Shown here in pieces: positions 8,666 through 17,580 of a DNA stretch of 32,000 bases. Source of the stretch: Geotalea daltonii FRC-32 (GTDB lineage: Bacteria; Desulfobacterota; Desulfuromonadia; Geobacterales; Geobacteraceae). The notes under the pieces are model-generated. The model was not told the origin of the DNA. It made no database searches and saw only the letters and a list, made by a program, of their open reading frames with translations. Location: positions 4,230,001-4,262,000 of the forward strand of contig NC_011979.1 in assembly GCF_000022265.1 (NCBI RefSeq). The letters are read 5' to 3'. The position numbers were made by a program, and so were the translations under genes. Numbering within the stretch: position 1 is the stretch's first letter; each line of letters starts with the position of its first letter.

Positions 8666-8719
8666 ATTCTGTATTCTGAGAGGATACGCCAATGGGCTGG
8701 CAGCTGAAGGGAGCGGAGA

Positions 8720-9205
8720 GTGAACCTCATCGAGAAGGAAAGACTCAGAAAACGGCTGGAACGGCTGGCCTGGCTGACGGACAGTTCCATTCCTGTTCCG
8801 GGACTGAACGCCAGGGTGGGCATCGATCCTCTAATCGGGCTGCTACCCTGGTTCGGCGATGCCATAGGCGCCCTGCTTTCCAGCTATATCGTTGCTGTGG
8901 CCGCCCGTCTCGGTGCTCCTAAATCGGTCCTGATGAAGATGGGTTTCAATGTTGCCGTGGATGCCATCATTGGCGTCGTGCCCGGTGTCGGCGACCTTTT
9001 CGATTTAGGCTGGAAGGCAAATCAGCGCAATGTGCGGCTTCTGGAATACTACATTGAAAGACCACACCAGGCAGTGGTGACCAGCCGTCTCTTCTTGGCC
9101 TTCCTCACCCTGTTGCTGGTGGGCACGGTTATCGGCATCGGCTTCCTGGGATTCTGGCTGGTGCGCTGGCTGTGGCTTGCGGTGAGCGGGCACGGCAGCT
9201 GGTGA
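8720..9205 (+). CDS. DUF4112-like small membrane protein
   Basis: Two copies of the G-(I/V)-x-P-x-x-GD motif (IGLLPWFGDAIG and IGVVPGVGDLFD), as I recall for DUF4112. C-terminal TM helix. GTG start. Confidence 0.6.
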   Translation: MNLIEKERLRKRLERLAWLTDSSIPVPGLNARVGIDPLIGLLPWFGDAIGALLSSYIVAVAARLGAPKSVLMKMGFNVAVDAIIGVVPGVGDLFDLGWKANQRNVRLLEYYIERPHQAVVTSRLFLAFLTLLLVGTVIGIGFLGFWLVRWLWLAVSGHGSW

Positions 9206-9336
9206 AGCTGCCAGCCGAAACCCATGAAACAGGAGTCCGCTATCCATGGTCACCGTTCTCCCGCAGGTATTGCCGCCTGTCGGCTGGGCACGATTCCTAC
9301 CTCGGGATAAATCTATTTGCCGATAATGAGTTAAAA

Positions 9337-12315
9337 CTACTCCGCAGCGACCTCGAACTCGACCCGGCTACCGGGTTCTCCTCCCTTCGCCGGCGCTCTG
9401 TAAATGTCCCCGCTCTTCTGGAATACTCGCGCCGAATCCACCTTTCCCTGCTCGACGAGTAACGTCCTGACCCCAGTGGCCCTGGCTTCTGCCAAGCTCC
9501 GCAGTTGCTGCTCCCCCACGACGGTATTCGCCAGAATCAGTTTCTTCATCTCCACATCGGGGAGCGCCTTGATCAGTCCGAGGATGTTCCGCGGCTTGGG
9601 AAATTGCTCCTTAGCGTAGACCATCTTCAGGTACCTGGCATACTCCTCCGGGGCGATTTGCACCGTCTCGGGCGAATCGCCCGGCTGTTTTTTCTTCTTC
9701 TTCACCATGTCCATGAACTTCTCCTCTCGCATCTTTTTCAGGAGGAGTACGTTCCGGTAGCCTTCATCATCATGTTCCCGGTCCACAAAACCGGTAACCG
9801 CGATCTTCAGTGCCGGCCTGTCGTTGAGCGCAGCCGCCAGCTTCAGGAGCTTTTCCCGCTCGGCGGGGGAAAGCTCGGCGGAGCCAGGGGTAAAGCCGAC
9901 GCTGCTCAGGTCCTCCTTGCCGCCGAACATGGCATGGAGTAAAGTCAAGGGGGAGCGGGCCGCGGTAACGAGGAGGTTCTTCAGTATCTTAAGCACCACG
10001 CCCGGGAAACTGAACTCTGGGTCATCCATCCGCCCCGTTACCGGAAGGTCCAGGTTGATCTCCCCCTTGCGGTCCTTGAGAAGGCCGATGGCGAGGCGGA
10101 CCGGAAGGCTGGTTGCCTTGTCGCTTTCGATGCGCTTGCCAAAGTCAAGCTGATCAATGACGACCTTGTTCTCTGACACGAGCTTCTTGTTCTCGATCCG
10201 GTATCGGGAATAGATGAACAATTGCCCGTTGTCCACCGCATAGCCCAGGTATTTCCCCGCATACGGGCTCATTGGCGAGAGCTCGATACCAGTGAAGTTC
10301 ACCCTGAGGTCAACGAAGAGGTCGCTGCGTAGCGGGTTGATCTGCCCGGTGATCCTGAGAGGGGATTGGTTTTCCAGATTGCCGCGCAAATCCACATCGG
10401 CAAAACGGTTATCCTCGGAAGAAAGGCCACTGATCCGTCCCCCCAGATTGAAGAAGGTCGTGGTGTATCCCCCCGCCACATGGCGGTCGGTGAAGGATAG
10501 GGTGCCGCTTTGCATGGTAATCGTGCCGATGCGGATCATTCCCGGCTTCTTTCCGCCCTCTGCTTTCTTCTCTTTTGCTTCCGGTCCCCGCGTGTAGAGG
10601 TGCTGGAGGTTCAGGCTGCCGTCCTTTTCGGCAATGATCCGGGAATAAAATCGGGTAAGGGCCACATCCCCGATATCGAGCTCAAAGGGGGCAAGTCTCC
10701 CCTTCATCTTGTCCACATGGAGGCTTTCCCACTTCAGGAGGTCCTCCCCCTCTGCGTCGAGACAGTGAAAGGAACGAAGATCGGTCGAGCCGCCGAAGGT
10801 GCCGGTCATCCGGCCGTCCCTGGCAGCCAGGGAGACGGCGAGACGGGCATCGACCCTGCCGCCCGCCACAACCATATTCAGGTCTTGCGGGAGGTATGCA
10901 TCGAAGTCGGTAAGGGGAATCCGCTGCACGGCCATCTCCCCTTTTATCTTCAGGGGAGCCGGGGTAAAGTTGCCGGAGGCCTTGAGCGAGCCCCCTTTCC
11001 CATATGCTCCTGTCACCATGAAGGGGATCATGCCGAAGGGGGGGCCGGTGAGCTGCTCCAGGGAAAAGGAGGTTTTTTTGAAGGTAAAGCTCGGCCGCCC
11101 CGCCAGCATCTCGTCTGTGAAAACGACATTCACGCCCGTTCCGGAGATGCGGCCAATCCCGTAGCGAAGTGGCGTTTTCTTGCCAGTCACTGTCCCTTTA
11201 TCTTCTCGGTGCAGAAGAGGCAGGAAAACCCCCTTCCTGTCGCGGAAGAAGCGGAGATTGCCATCCCTGAGAGTAACATCGGCCACTTTTAGAAGATTCT
11301 CCTTCCGGCTGTACGTTCCCCCCTCAAGGGAAAGCAATGCCAGGGTTATCCCTTCCCTCTTCCCGACCCACGCGGAAAGCTGCCGGGCTTGAACTGAGCC
11401 CTTTTCCAGTCTCGTCCCTCCCGGCCCGCCGATCTCCAGATTGGCGGCAACGTCAAGCTGCCTCAGAGCCAGCAACGGGATTCCTTTCCGGTCGGCGACC
11501 TTGGTGTCGGCAAGCGTCACGTTGCTGTTGAAGGTCAGTCCGGGATTTTCCTTCTGTGCCGCCCGATAGCTCATCGCCACCTTCGCCGACATCCTTCCCG
11601 ATTCGACCCGGACCGGGAGTGCTCCGGGAATGTAGGCAAGGTAATGGGGCAGAGAGGCATTGTTGAATTCGACGGTTGCAGAGGCCTCGACTGCCTTGGG
11701 GAACGGCCGGAGTTTCCCCTCCACATGGAGCGGTGAGCCGTTCACCTCGGCGCTCAACCGCGGGGTTATGTAGCGGCCCGCAAGATACGAAATGGTAGTG
11801 ATGAAGGGAACGGCAAGCTCGATCTTGCGCAACTCATGGCGTTTTTCTATGGGAAGCCCCTGGTCGATGAAGTCAACGGAGCCGTTTGTAATCATGAGGT
11901 TGTTGAGAGAAAAACGGGACTGCTGAGAATGCTGGGGCTGTCTCTTAAAAAGGTCCGAGAAGTTGTAGATGTTTGCGCCGACCCTGACGATGCGGAGATG
12001 GAGAGAAGTTATACGGGCCGAAGCGATAATCGGCGCCCGCCGGTAGAGGGATGAAGGGCTTACGGCGATTCGTGCGCTGCTGAACGTGGCAAAGGTCTCC
12101 CCGCCTCGATCGGAGAAGCGGAGGTCACGCACCTCAATTGTCCAGGCAAAGGGGTTGATGGAAATTCCGCCGATGGCGAGCTTTCTGCCGGTCGCCGCCT
12201 CCACCCTCTGCACTGCCTGGTTTTTGACGATGCCGGGGAGCACAAACGCGACGAACCCCGCCAGCAGAAGGACAATACCGATGATAATGAGCGCCGCTTT
12301 CTTCCATCGCTTCAT
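9337..12315 (-). CDS. large N-terminally anchored envelope protein, DUF748/AsmA-like
   Basis: The ORF track start is 12393. I prefer the ATG at 12315 (MKRWKKAALIIIGIVLLLAGF), which has SD GAGGGG, because the upstream 26 codons run into a MITE. It has a single N-terminal TM followed by about 950 aa of beta-rich repetitive sequence. The C-terminal region GFTPGSAELSPAEREKLLKLAAAL...KIAVTGFVD resembles an OmpA-C-like module. The family call is from memory of similar Geobacter proteins. Confidence 0.55.
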   Translation of the reverse strand: MKRWKKAALIIIGIVLLLAGFVAFVLPGIVKNQAVQRVEAATGRKLAIGGISINPFAWTIEVRDLRFSDRGGETFATFSSARIAVSPSSLYRRAPIIASARITSLHLRIVRVGANIYNFSDLFKRQPQHSQQSRFSLNNLMITNGSVDFIDQGLPIEKRHELRKIELAVPFITTISYLAGRYITPRLSAEVNGSPLHVEGKLRPFPKAVEASATVEFNNASLPHYLAYIPGALPVRVESGRMSAKVAMSYRAAQKENPGLTFNSNVTLADTKVADRKGIPLLALRQLDVAANLEIGGPGGTRLEKGSVQARQLSAWVGKREGITLALLSLEGGTYSRKENLLKVADVTLRDGNLRFFRDRKGVFLPLLHREDKGTVTGKKTPLRYGIGRISGTGVNVVFTDEMLAGRPSFTFKKTSFSLEQLTGPPFGMIPFMVTGAYGKGGSLKASGNFTPAPLKIKGEMAVQRIPLTDFDAYLPQDLNMVVAGGRVDARLAVSLAARDGRMTGTFGGSTDLRSFHCLDAEGEDLLKWESLHVDKMKGRLAPFELDIGDVALTRFYSRIIAEKDGSLNLQHLYTRGPEAKEKKAEGGKKPGMIRIGTITMQSGTLSFTDRHVAGGYTTTFFNLGGRISGLSSEDNRFADVDLRGNLENQSPLRITGQINPLRSDLFVDLRVNFTGIELSPMSPYAGKYLGYAVDNGQLFIYSRYRIENKKLVSENKVVIDQLDFGKRIESDKATSLPVRLAIGLLKDRKGEINLDLPVTGRMDDPEFSFPGVVLKILKNLLVTAARSPLTLLHAMFGGKEDLSSVGFTPGSAELSPAEREKLLKLAAALNDRPALKIAVTGFVDREHDDEGYRNVLLLKKMREEKFMDMVKKKKKQPGDSPETVQIAPEEYARYLKMVYAKEQFPKPRNILGLIKALPDVEMKKLILANTVVGEQQLRSLAEARATGVRTLLVEQGKVDSARVFQKSGDIYRAPAKGGEPGSRVEFEVAAE

Positions 12316-12354
12316 CGTATCCCCTCGTCCCGCCCCCCGAAGATTGTCGTATAA

Positions 12355-12495
12355 CAGGTTGTTGAAAAACGTCATGAGGAGGCCGCAATGCAAGGCTCAA
12401 GCGAGCGAGGAGACGAGGCGCACCCTCTGTACGTCGAGTTTCCGAGCGAGCGGCAATGCAGCAGAGCGATCCCGCAACAGTTTTTCAACAACCTG
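12355..12495. mobile_element. MITE-like element, family 3 (141 bp)
   Basis: Perfect 16-bp TIR: CAGGTTGTTGAAAAAC (12355-12370) and GTTTTTCAACAACCTG (12480-12495). It is flanked by the direct repeat ATAA (12351-12354 and 12496-12499). It lies 40 bp upstream of the DUF748 start. Confidence 0.75.
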
Positions 12496-12602
12496 ATAAA
12501 CTACAGGAGATCCTCACTGGAATTATACCTAGTAAGAATACATGTTACAATTAAGAGGCAGGGATAGCCGCGGAAAGTCGACAAACCGAAAGGGAGATCG
12601 TC

Positions 12603-13088
12603 ATGAATATCTTCGATTGTGCAATCAAGATGGAAGAGGAAGCCAGGATTAACTATGAAAAACTGGCGGCGGCCACGCCCGTTTCCGAGTTGAAGAATCT
12701 TTTCACATTGCTGGCGGCAGCCGAGCAGGAACACCACGATGCCCTGGTGGAGATGAAAGGGAGCATCGACCCCCAAAAGGCCCAGTTCATGGATTTGCAG
12801 GAGGCGGCGTGCATCTTCCAGCCCCTCCTGGCCAAACGTGACCTAATGGCCGAACTGAGGGAAGACCCCGACGCTTACAAACACGTGGTGAAGGAAGAAG
12901 AGAAGGGCGTAAAGTTTTACGAAGAACAGGCCGCACAGGCGAAGGACGAGGGAACCCGCGAGATCCTGCTTATGATCGCCGACGAGGAGCGAAAACATCT
13001 GAGCATCGTCGAGAACATATACGCCTTCGTCGAATCGCCGAAAACCTACCTTGCCTGGGGTGAGTTCAGCAACCTCAAGGAGTACTGA
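12603..13088 (+). CDS. rubrerythrin-family ferritin-like di-iron protein (no rubredoxin domain)
   Basis: Four-helix-bundle ligand pattern: E in MEEEA, ExxH in EQEHH, E in EEEKG, ExxH in DEERKH. SD AAGGGAG precedes the ATG. Confidence 0.8.
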   Translation: MNIFDCAIKMEEEARINYEKLAAATPVSELKNLFTLLAAAEQEHHDALVEMKGSIDPQKAQFMDLQEAACIFQPLLAKRDLMAELREDPDAYKHVVKEEEKGVKFYEEQAAQAKDEGTREILLMIADEERKHLSIVENIYAFVESPKTYLAWGEFSNLKEY

Positions 13089-13163
13089 GAATAGTGGGCT
13101 TCCTTTGCCCGTCAAATCCAATCAGAAACATCCGGTTGGCCCTGTCGCGGCAACACGGCCAGG

Positions 13164-14510
13164 TCAGATTTCGATCCTGAACTCCGCGCCATTTCCCGTA
13201 TTGCGCACCGTCAGGCGACCTCCCATGTTTTTCTCGACGATGGTCTTCGACATGAAAAGGCCGATCCCCGTCCCTTTATCCGGCCCCTTGGTGGTAAAGT
13301 ATGGATCAAACAATTTGCCCATGATCTCCTCTGCGACACCCCCGGCGTTATCAGTGATGGTCACGACCGTCTTGCCTCCTTCTGCAAACGCGTGGATCGA
13401 GATCAGGGCATTGTCGACGCTGCGACTAAGCAGTGCGTCACGGGCATTCATAAAGATATTCAGGAGTACCTGGGCATACTCATTGGGATAACCGGTAAGA
13501 ATCGGGTCACCTTCCAAGTTCAGAGCAATGCCGATCTTCTGGTCCTTGAAACTCTTTTCGACGAGGGAGAGCGTACGCGCGGTCAGCTGATTAACGCTGA
13601 AAGTAACCTTTTCCTTGTCGGACCTGAAGAAGTTCCTGAAGTCATCGATAGTGCGTGACATGTGCTGGATCAACTCCATGCCCTTTACGGTATTTTCTAC
13701 TAAAAACTCCCTGCTGAGTTTGCCCGAATCATAGAAGATCGGCAATTGTTGGGTGAGGAGTCCCAGCGAATTCAGCGGCTGGCGCCACTGGTGGGCGATA
13801 TTGTTGATCATCTCGCCCATAACTGCCAGTCGGTCCTGCAGGATCAGCATTTCGTCCTTCCGGCGCACTTCATCCACAGCCTTGACAATGCGTACCTCCA
13901 GAGACCTGTTGAGCTCTTCGAGCTCCCGTCGTTTTTCGGTGAGCGCATCTTCTGCTATTCTACGCTCTGTAATATCGATGACCGCAACACGGCACTCCTT
14001 ACGCGATATGTCGGCCACGGCCTCGATCTGCACAAAGAGCGGGTGATTTTCCTCTCTCGTAAGTGTCACCTCACGGGACATCTTGCCCTGGCTCGCAAAT
14101 ACCTTGCCGAGCAATTCAGAGAAGAAAGAACGGGCATTAATCGGAACAAAAACCCCGAACCGACGGCCGAGCAGTCGGGATCGCTCAACCCCCAAAAGGC
14201 TGGCGCCAGTCAGGTTCACCGCACGTATAGTCCCTTCAGGGTCAAGGGTAAAGTAGCCGACCGGGGCGAAATCGTAAAGGTCGGTGTACTTTTCCAAAAC
14301 CGTCTCCACCTCATCCCTGGCCTGGCGGAGCTCTGCATTCTGCATCTCCAGTTCGATCTGGTGGACCTCAAGCTCATGGACCAGCCTCTGCATCTCTTCC
14401 TTGCTTCGGGGTGGATGCAATTCCGCCGTTCTCGCCTGCAATCGCTCTTCGGCATGGCTGCGCAATTTTGCGGCTTCCGTTAACAGCCTCTGCTCTTTAT
14501 CGGCTCCCAT
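13164..14510 (-). CDS. PAS-domain sensor histidine kinase (cytoplasmic)
   Basis: The ORF track start is 14570. The ATG at 14510 is preceded by AAGGGG. The protein has a coiled coil HELEVHQIELEMQNAELRQA, a PAS region, H-box NNIAHQWRQPLN, and TDNAGGV...GTGIGLFMSK. It is a close paralog of 4883..6778 in the kinase core. Confidence 0.88.
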   Translation of the reverse strand: MGADKEQRLLTEAAKLRSHAEERLQARTAELHPPRSKEEMQRLVHELEVHQIELEMQNAELRQARDEVETVLEKYTDLYDFAPVGYFTLDPEGTIRAVNLTGASLLGVERSRLLGRRFGVFVPINARSFFSELLGKVFASQGKMSREVTLTREENHPLFVQIEAVADISRKECRVAVIDITERRIAEDALTEKRRELEELNRSLEVRIVKAVDEVRRKDEMLILQDRLAVMGEMINNIAHQWRQPLNSLGLLTQQLPIFYDSGKLSREFLVENTVKGMELIQHMSRTIDDFRNFFRSDKEKVTFSVNQLTARTLSLVEKSFKDQKIGIALNLEGDPILTGYPNEYAQVLLNIFMNARDALLSRSVDNALISIHAFAEGGKTVVTITDNAGGVAEEIMGKLFDPYFTTKGPDKGTGIGLFMSKTIVEKNMGGRLTVRNTGNGAEFRIEI

Positions 14511-14587
14511 TGTTGACCCCTTGATGCAGGTTATATGGCTGAAGGCTGAAGACTGCCGGTAACAAACCATTCGTTTCGTATTTATTT

Positions 14588-14765
14588 AGTTTCCATCCGG
14601 AAACTCCGGATGAGAAACTAGTGGTTTCCGATTCGGAAAGAGGGGATTTTTTGTTCTGGCAAGGAAATCAAGGGCTTGTGCGGAGACGTACATCGGTACG
14701 TCGCACAAGTAAGCCCGCAGATTGACGCCGCCAGGGCAGAAAAGAACCCTTTCCGGATGGAAACT
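14588..14765. mobile_element. MITE-like element, family 2, copy A (178 bp, with 36-bp nested TIR-like insert)
   Basis: TIR AGTTTCCATCCGGAAA at the left end and CTTTCCGGATGGAAACT at the right end. It is flanked by ATTT (14584-14587 and 14766-14769). The body differs from copy B at one position over about 127 nt. The extra 36 nt (14604-14639) look like a degenerate right TIR plus left TIR. Confidence 0.85.
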
Positions 14766-17352
14766 ATTTAGAGCTTTTGGTCCTCAGCACTGAAACCTCC
14801 TCGCGCAGTTCGGCCTCCAGGGTCTTGGCCACGGTAATGTCCGCAAAGGTGATCACCACACCGTCGATTACGTCCTCCATGGTGCGGTAGGGCATGATGC
14901 GCACCGAAAACCAGCGCCCGTCGGTGGCGGCGATCTGTTTTTCCGAAAAGGCCAGTGTCCGCAGCACTTCCCGTGCATCCTCGGTTATCCGGGAATATAG
15001 AAGGTCGCTGACGATATCGGAAAGTGGCCGCCCCACATCCCCCGGAATCAGCTTGAAGATTTTGTCCACACCGGTGGTGAAGCGCCGGATATGGAGTTCC
15101 TTATCCAGGAACACGGTGATAATCTCGGTGCTGTTGAGGAGGTTCCTCATATCGTCGTTCACCCGTGAAAGTTCGTCCATTTTTGACTGTTGCTCGGCGT
15201 TCACCGTCTGCAGTTCTTCGTTCATGGACTGCATCTCTTCACGGGAGGTAATCAGTTCCTCGTTGGCAGACTGAAGCTCCTCATTGGTGGATCTTAGCTC
15301 CTCCTGTGAGGATTGCATCTCCTCGCGGGTGGTCTGGAGTTCCTCGCGGCAATGCTGGAGTTCTTGCTCCAGTTCAAGAACCCTGACGTTGGCGGCCAGC
15401 CCTGGATTGAAGCTCGGCTTTTTGCCCCGGAGAGTTGCCACATCGTTAAAAACGACCATCACCATTCCCCGCAGCGCCTCCGGCTCTTCGATCGCCTGGA
15501 CCGTGAGATCAATGGTCTGGGTGCTGCCGTTGGTTCCCACCTTGAGGCCCTTGGCAGTGATCGCCTTTTTTTGCCGGATCGCCTTCTGAAAAGCGCTGGA
15601 CAGGTCCAGACGAAGCCCTTCACGGGCCATGGCAAAAATATTCCAGTTGGCCTTGCCGGCCGCCGGCTCAAGATATCTGCCCGTCTTCCCGCTGATGTAA
15701 AGAATATCTCCCTTATCGTTTACCAGTACGGCTGGCGGGGTAAAGTGCTGCAGCAACACCTGGTCCGCGAGCGACTGGAGGTCTGAAGGCTTCAACATCG
15801 GTTGCTCCTTTGAAAACCCCTGCTGAGTGGGGGCAAACGAGACTGGAAACGCTAGCGGTTCGCAAGGCGAGACCGATTCGCGTCTCCGGAAGAGTCTCGA
15901 CTTGATATTCAGCGGTGCGAACAGTTCGGCAAAGGTGCCGGCAGTCTCTGCACTCCCTAAAAACAGGACACCGCCGGGGTTCAGGCTGTAGTGAAAGAGC
16001 GGCATGAGCTTTTTCTGCAGTTCCGGCGTCAGATAAATCAAAAGGTTGCGGCAAATGAGGATATCCAGCTTGGTGAAAGGTGGGTCCATGATGACGTTTT
16101 GCGTGGCGAAGGTCACCATCTCCCGGATCTCCTTGCCGACCCGGTAGCCGTTCTCTTCCTTGATAAAAAAACGATGCAATCTCTCGGGAGAGATGTCCGC
16201 AGCGATGTTAGCCGGATAAAGCCCCTGGCGGGCCTTGTCGATGGCATCGGGGTCCAGATCTGTGGCAAAGATCTGCAGGGTGAACTTCCCCGCAGGGGTG
16301 ACCGGTCCCATCACCTCTTTGAAGACTATGGCCAGGGAATACGCCTCCTCCCCCGTCGAGCAGCCTGCCGACCAGGCCCGCAGCACACAACCGGCCGGGC
16401 GCCCCGCCAAAATCGCCGGAAGGGCCACGCCCTGCAGCTGTTCCCATGCCGCCGGGTCACGAAAAAAGCTGGTCACACCAATCAAAAGCTCCTTGAATAG
16501 CAGTTCCACCTCCTGGGAATTCTCCTGGAGATAACGGACGTAAGCAGCGATCCGGTCGATCTGATGGATGCCCATGCGCCGCTCGATCCTGCGATATACG
16601 GTGTTCTTCTTGTACATGGAGAAGTCGTGGCCGGTCCTGTCCCTTAGAAGTATCAGGACTTTTTCCAGGGCGCTCTGGTCCTTCTCCTCCAGTGGGCGCT
16701 CCGGCTTGCCGATGATGAGGAGGTGCCTGAGATAGGCGAAGATCTTTCCGGGCAACTCCTCCGCCGGGGCTATGATGTCGGCCAGCCCGGCATCTATGGC
16801 ACTCCTGGGCATGCTGTCGAACCTGGCTGAAGCAGGCTCCTGCACCAGCGTCAACCCCGCCTTTTCTTTGATAGCCCGCAGGCCCATCGTGCCATCCGAG
16901 CCCATGCCGGAGAGGATGACACCGATGCTATGCTCCTGCCGGTCCTCGGCCAGGGAACGGAGGAAGAAGTCGATAGGGAGACGGAGTCCCCTGGGCGCTG
17001 TCGGCTCGAACAGGTGCAGCACACCGTGCAGCATGGACATGTCCTTGTTGGGGGGGATCACATAGACGCAGTTCGTCTTGACCCGCATCCGGTCCACGAC
17101 CTGGAAAACTTCCATCCCGGTAGTGTGCTGGAGCAGCTCGGGCAGGACCCCCTTGTGGGTCGGGTCCAGATGCTGGACGATGACGAAGGCCATGTCGCTA
17201 TTTTCTGGCACATGCCCCAGAAACTGCTCCAACGCCTCCAACCCGCCGGCGGAGGCACCGATGCCGACAATGGGAAAGGCCCGTGACGGAATCTCTTCTT
17301 GGGACCTGGTGCGTTCATTATCGCTGTTCGCCGGTTGGGGTTGCTTTTTCAT
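14764..17352 (-). CDS. CheB methylesterase - CheR methyltransferase - PAS fusion protein
   Basis: CheB-type N-terminus FPIVGIGASAGGLEALEQF...VIVQHLDP. CheR SAM-binding motif RAWSAGCSTGEEAYSLA. A long heptad coiled coil (EELQTTREEMQSSQEELRSTNEELQSANEEL) lies between PAS-like regions. There is no kinase core. The stop TAG overlaps the MITE end by 2 nt. Confidence 0.9.
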   Translation of the reverse strand: MKKQPQPANSDNERTRSQEEIPSRAFPIVGIGASAGGLEALEQFLGHVPENSDMAFVIVQHLDPTHKGVLPELLQHTTGMEVFQVVDRMRVKTNCVYVIPPNKDMSMLHGVLHLFEPTAPRGLRLPIDFFLRSLAEDRQEHSIGVILSGMGSDGTMGLRAIKEKAGLTLVQEPASARFDSMPRSAIDAGLADIIAPAEELPGKIFAYLRHLLIIGKPERPLEEKDQSALEKVLILLRDRTGHDFSMYKKNTVYRRIERRMGIHQIDRIAAYVRYLQENSQEVELLFKELLIGVTSFFRDPAAWEQLQGVALPAILAGRPAGCVLRAWSAGCSTGEEAYSLAIVFKEVMGPVTPAGKFTLQIFATDLDPDAIDKARQGLYPANIAADISPERLHRFFIKEENGYRVGKEIREMVTFATQNVIMDPPFTKLDILICRNLLIYLTPELQKKLMPLFHYSLNPGGVLFLGSAETAGTFAELFAPLNIKSRLFRRRESVSPCEPLAFPVSFAPTQQGFSKEQPMLKPSDLQSLADQVLLQHFTPPAVLVNDKGDILYISGKTGRYLEPAAGKANWNIFAMAREGLRLDLSSAFQKAIRQKKAITAKGLKVGTNGSTQTIDLTVQAIEEPEALRGMVMVVFNDVATLRGKKPSFNPGLAANVRVLELEQELQHCREELQTTREEMQSSQEELRSTNEELQSANEELITSREEMQSMNEELQTVNAEQQSKMDELSRVNDDMRNLLNSTEIITVFLDKELHIRRFTTGVDKIFKLIPGDVGRPLSDIVSDLLYSRITEDAREVLRTLAFSEKQIAATDGRWFSVRIMPYRTMEDVIDGVVITFADITVAKTLEAELREEVSVLRTKSSK

Positions 17353-17387
17353 GATAATGTTTATATCAGCATTTTTTTATATTTACT

Positions 17388-17529
17388 AGTTTCCATCCGG
17401 AAAGAGGGGATTTTTTGTTCTGGCAAGGAAATCAAGGGCTTGCGCGGAGACGTACATCGGTACGTCGCACAAGTAAGCCCGCAGATTGACGCCGCCAGGG
17501 CAGAAAAGAACCCTTTCCGGATGGAAACT
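17388..17529. mobile_element. MITE-like element, family 2, copy B (142 bp)
   Basis: Perfect 17-bp TIR: AGTTTCCATCCGGAAAG (17388-17404) and CTTTCCGGATGGAAACT (17513-17529). It is flanked by TACT (17384-17387 and 17530-17533). It has a central two-step hairpin. Orientation is the same as copy A. Confidence 0.88.
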
Positions 17530-17580
17530 TACTAATTGTATTTGGCAGGGGAAACGCAATGCAGCGTGGAGCTGAGCTGA

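Noticed and set aside
12316-12496. N-terminal extension of the 1018-aa ORF (to 12393) and overlapping ORFs 12086..12496 and 12134..12400
   Set aside because: These run through the family-3 MITE. The internal ATG at 12315 has an SD and begins a canonical basic residues + TM anchor.
12496-12602. Possible PerR/Fur-type box upstream of the rubrerythrin-like gene
   Set aside because: The region is AT-rich and contains ACATGT, but I could not find a convincing 15-19-bp inverted repeat matching known Fur/PerR consensus sequences.
14588-17529. Composite transposon made of two family-2 MITEs carrying cheBR
   Set aside because: The outermost flanks differ (ATTT left of copy A, TACT right of copy B), and each copy has its own matching duplication. 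This indicates two independent insertions rather than one composite event. No transposase is present.
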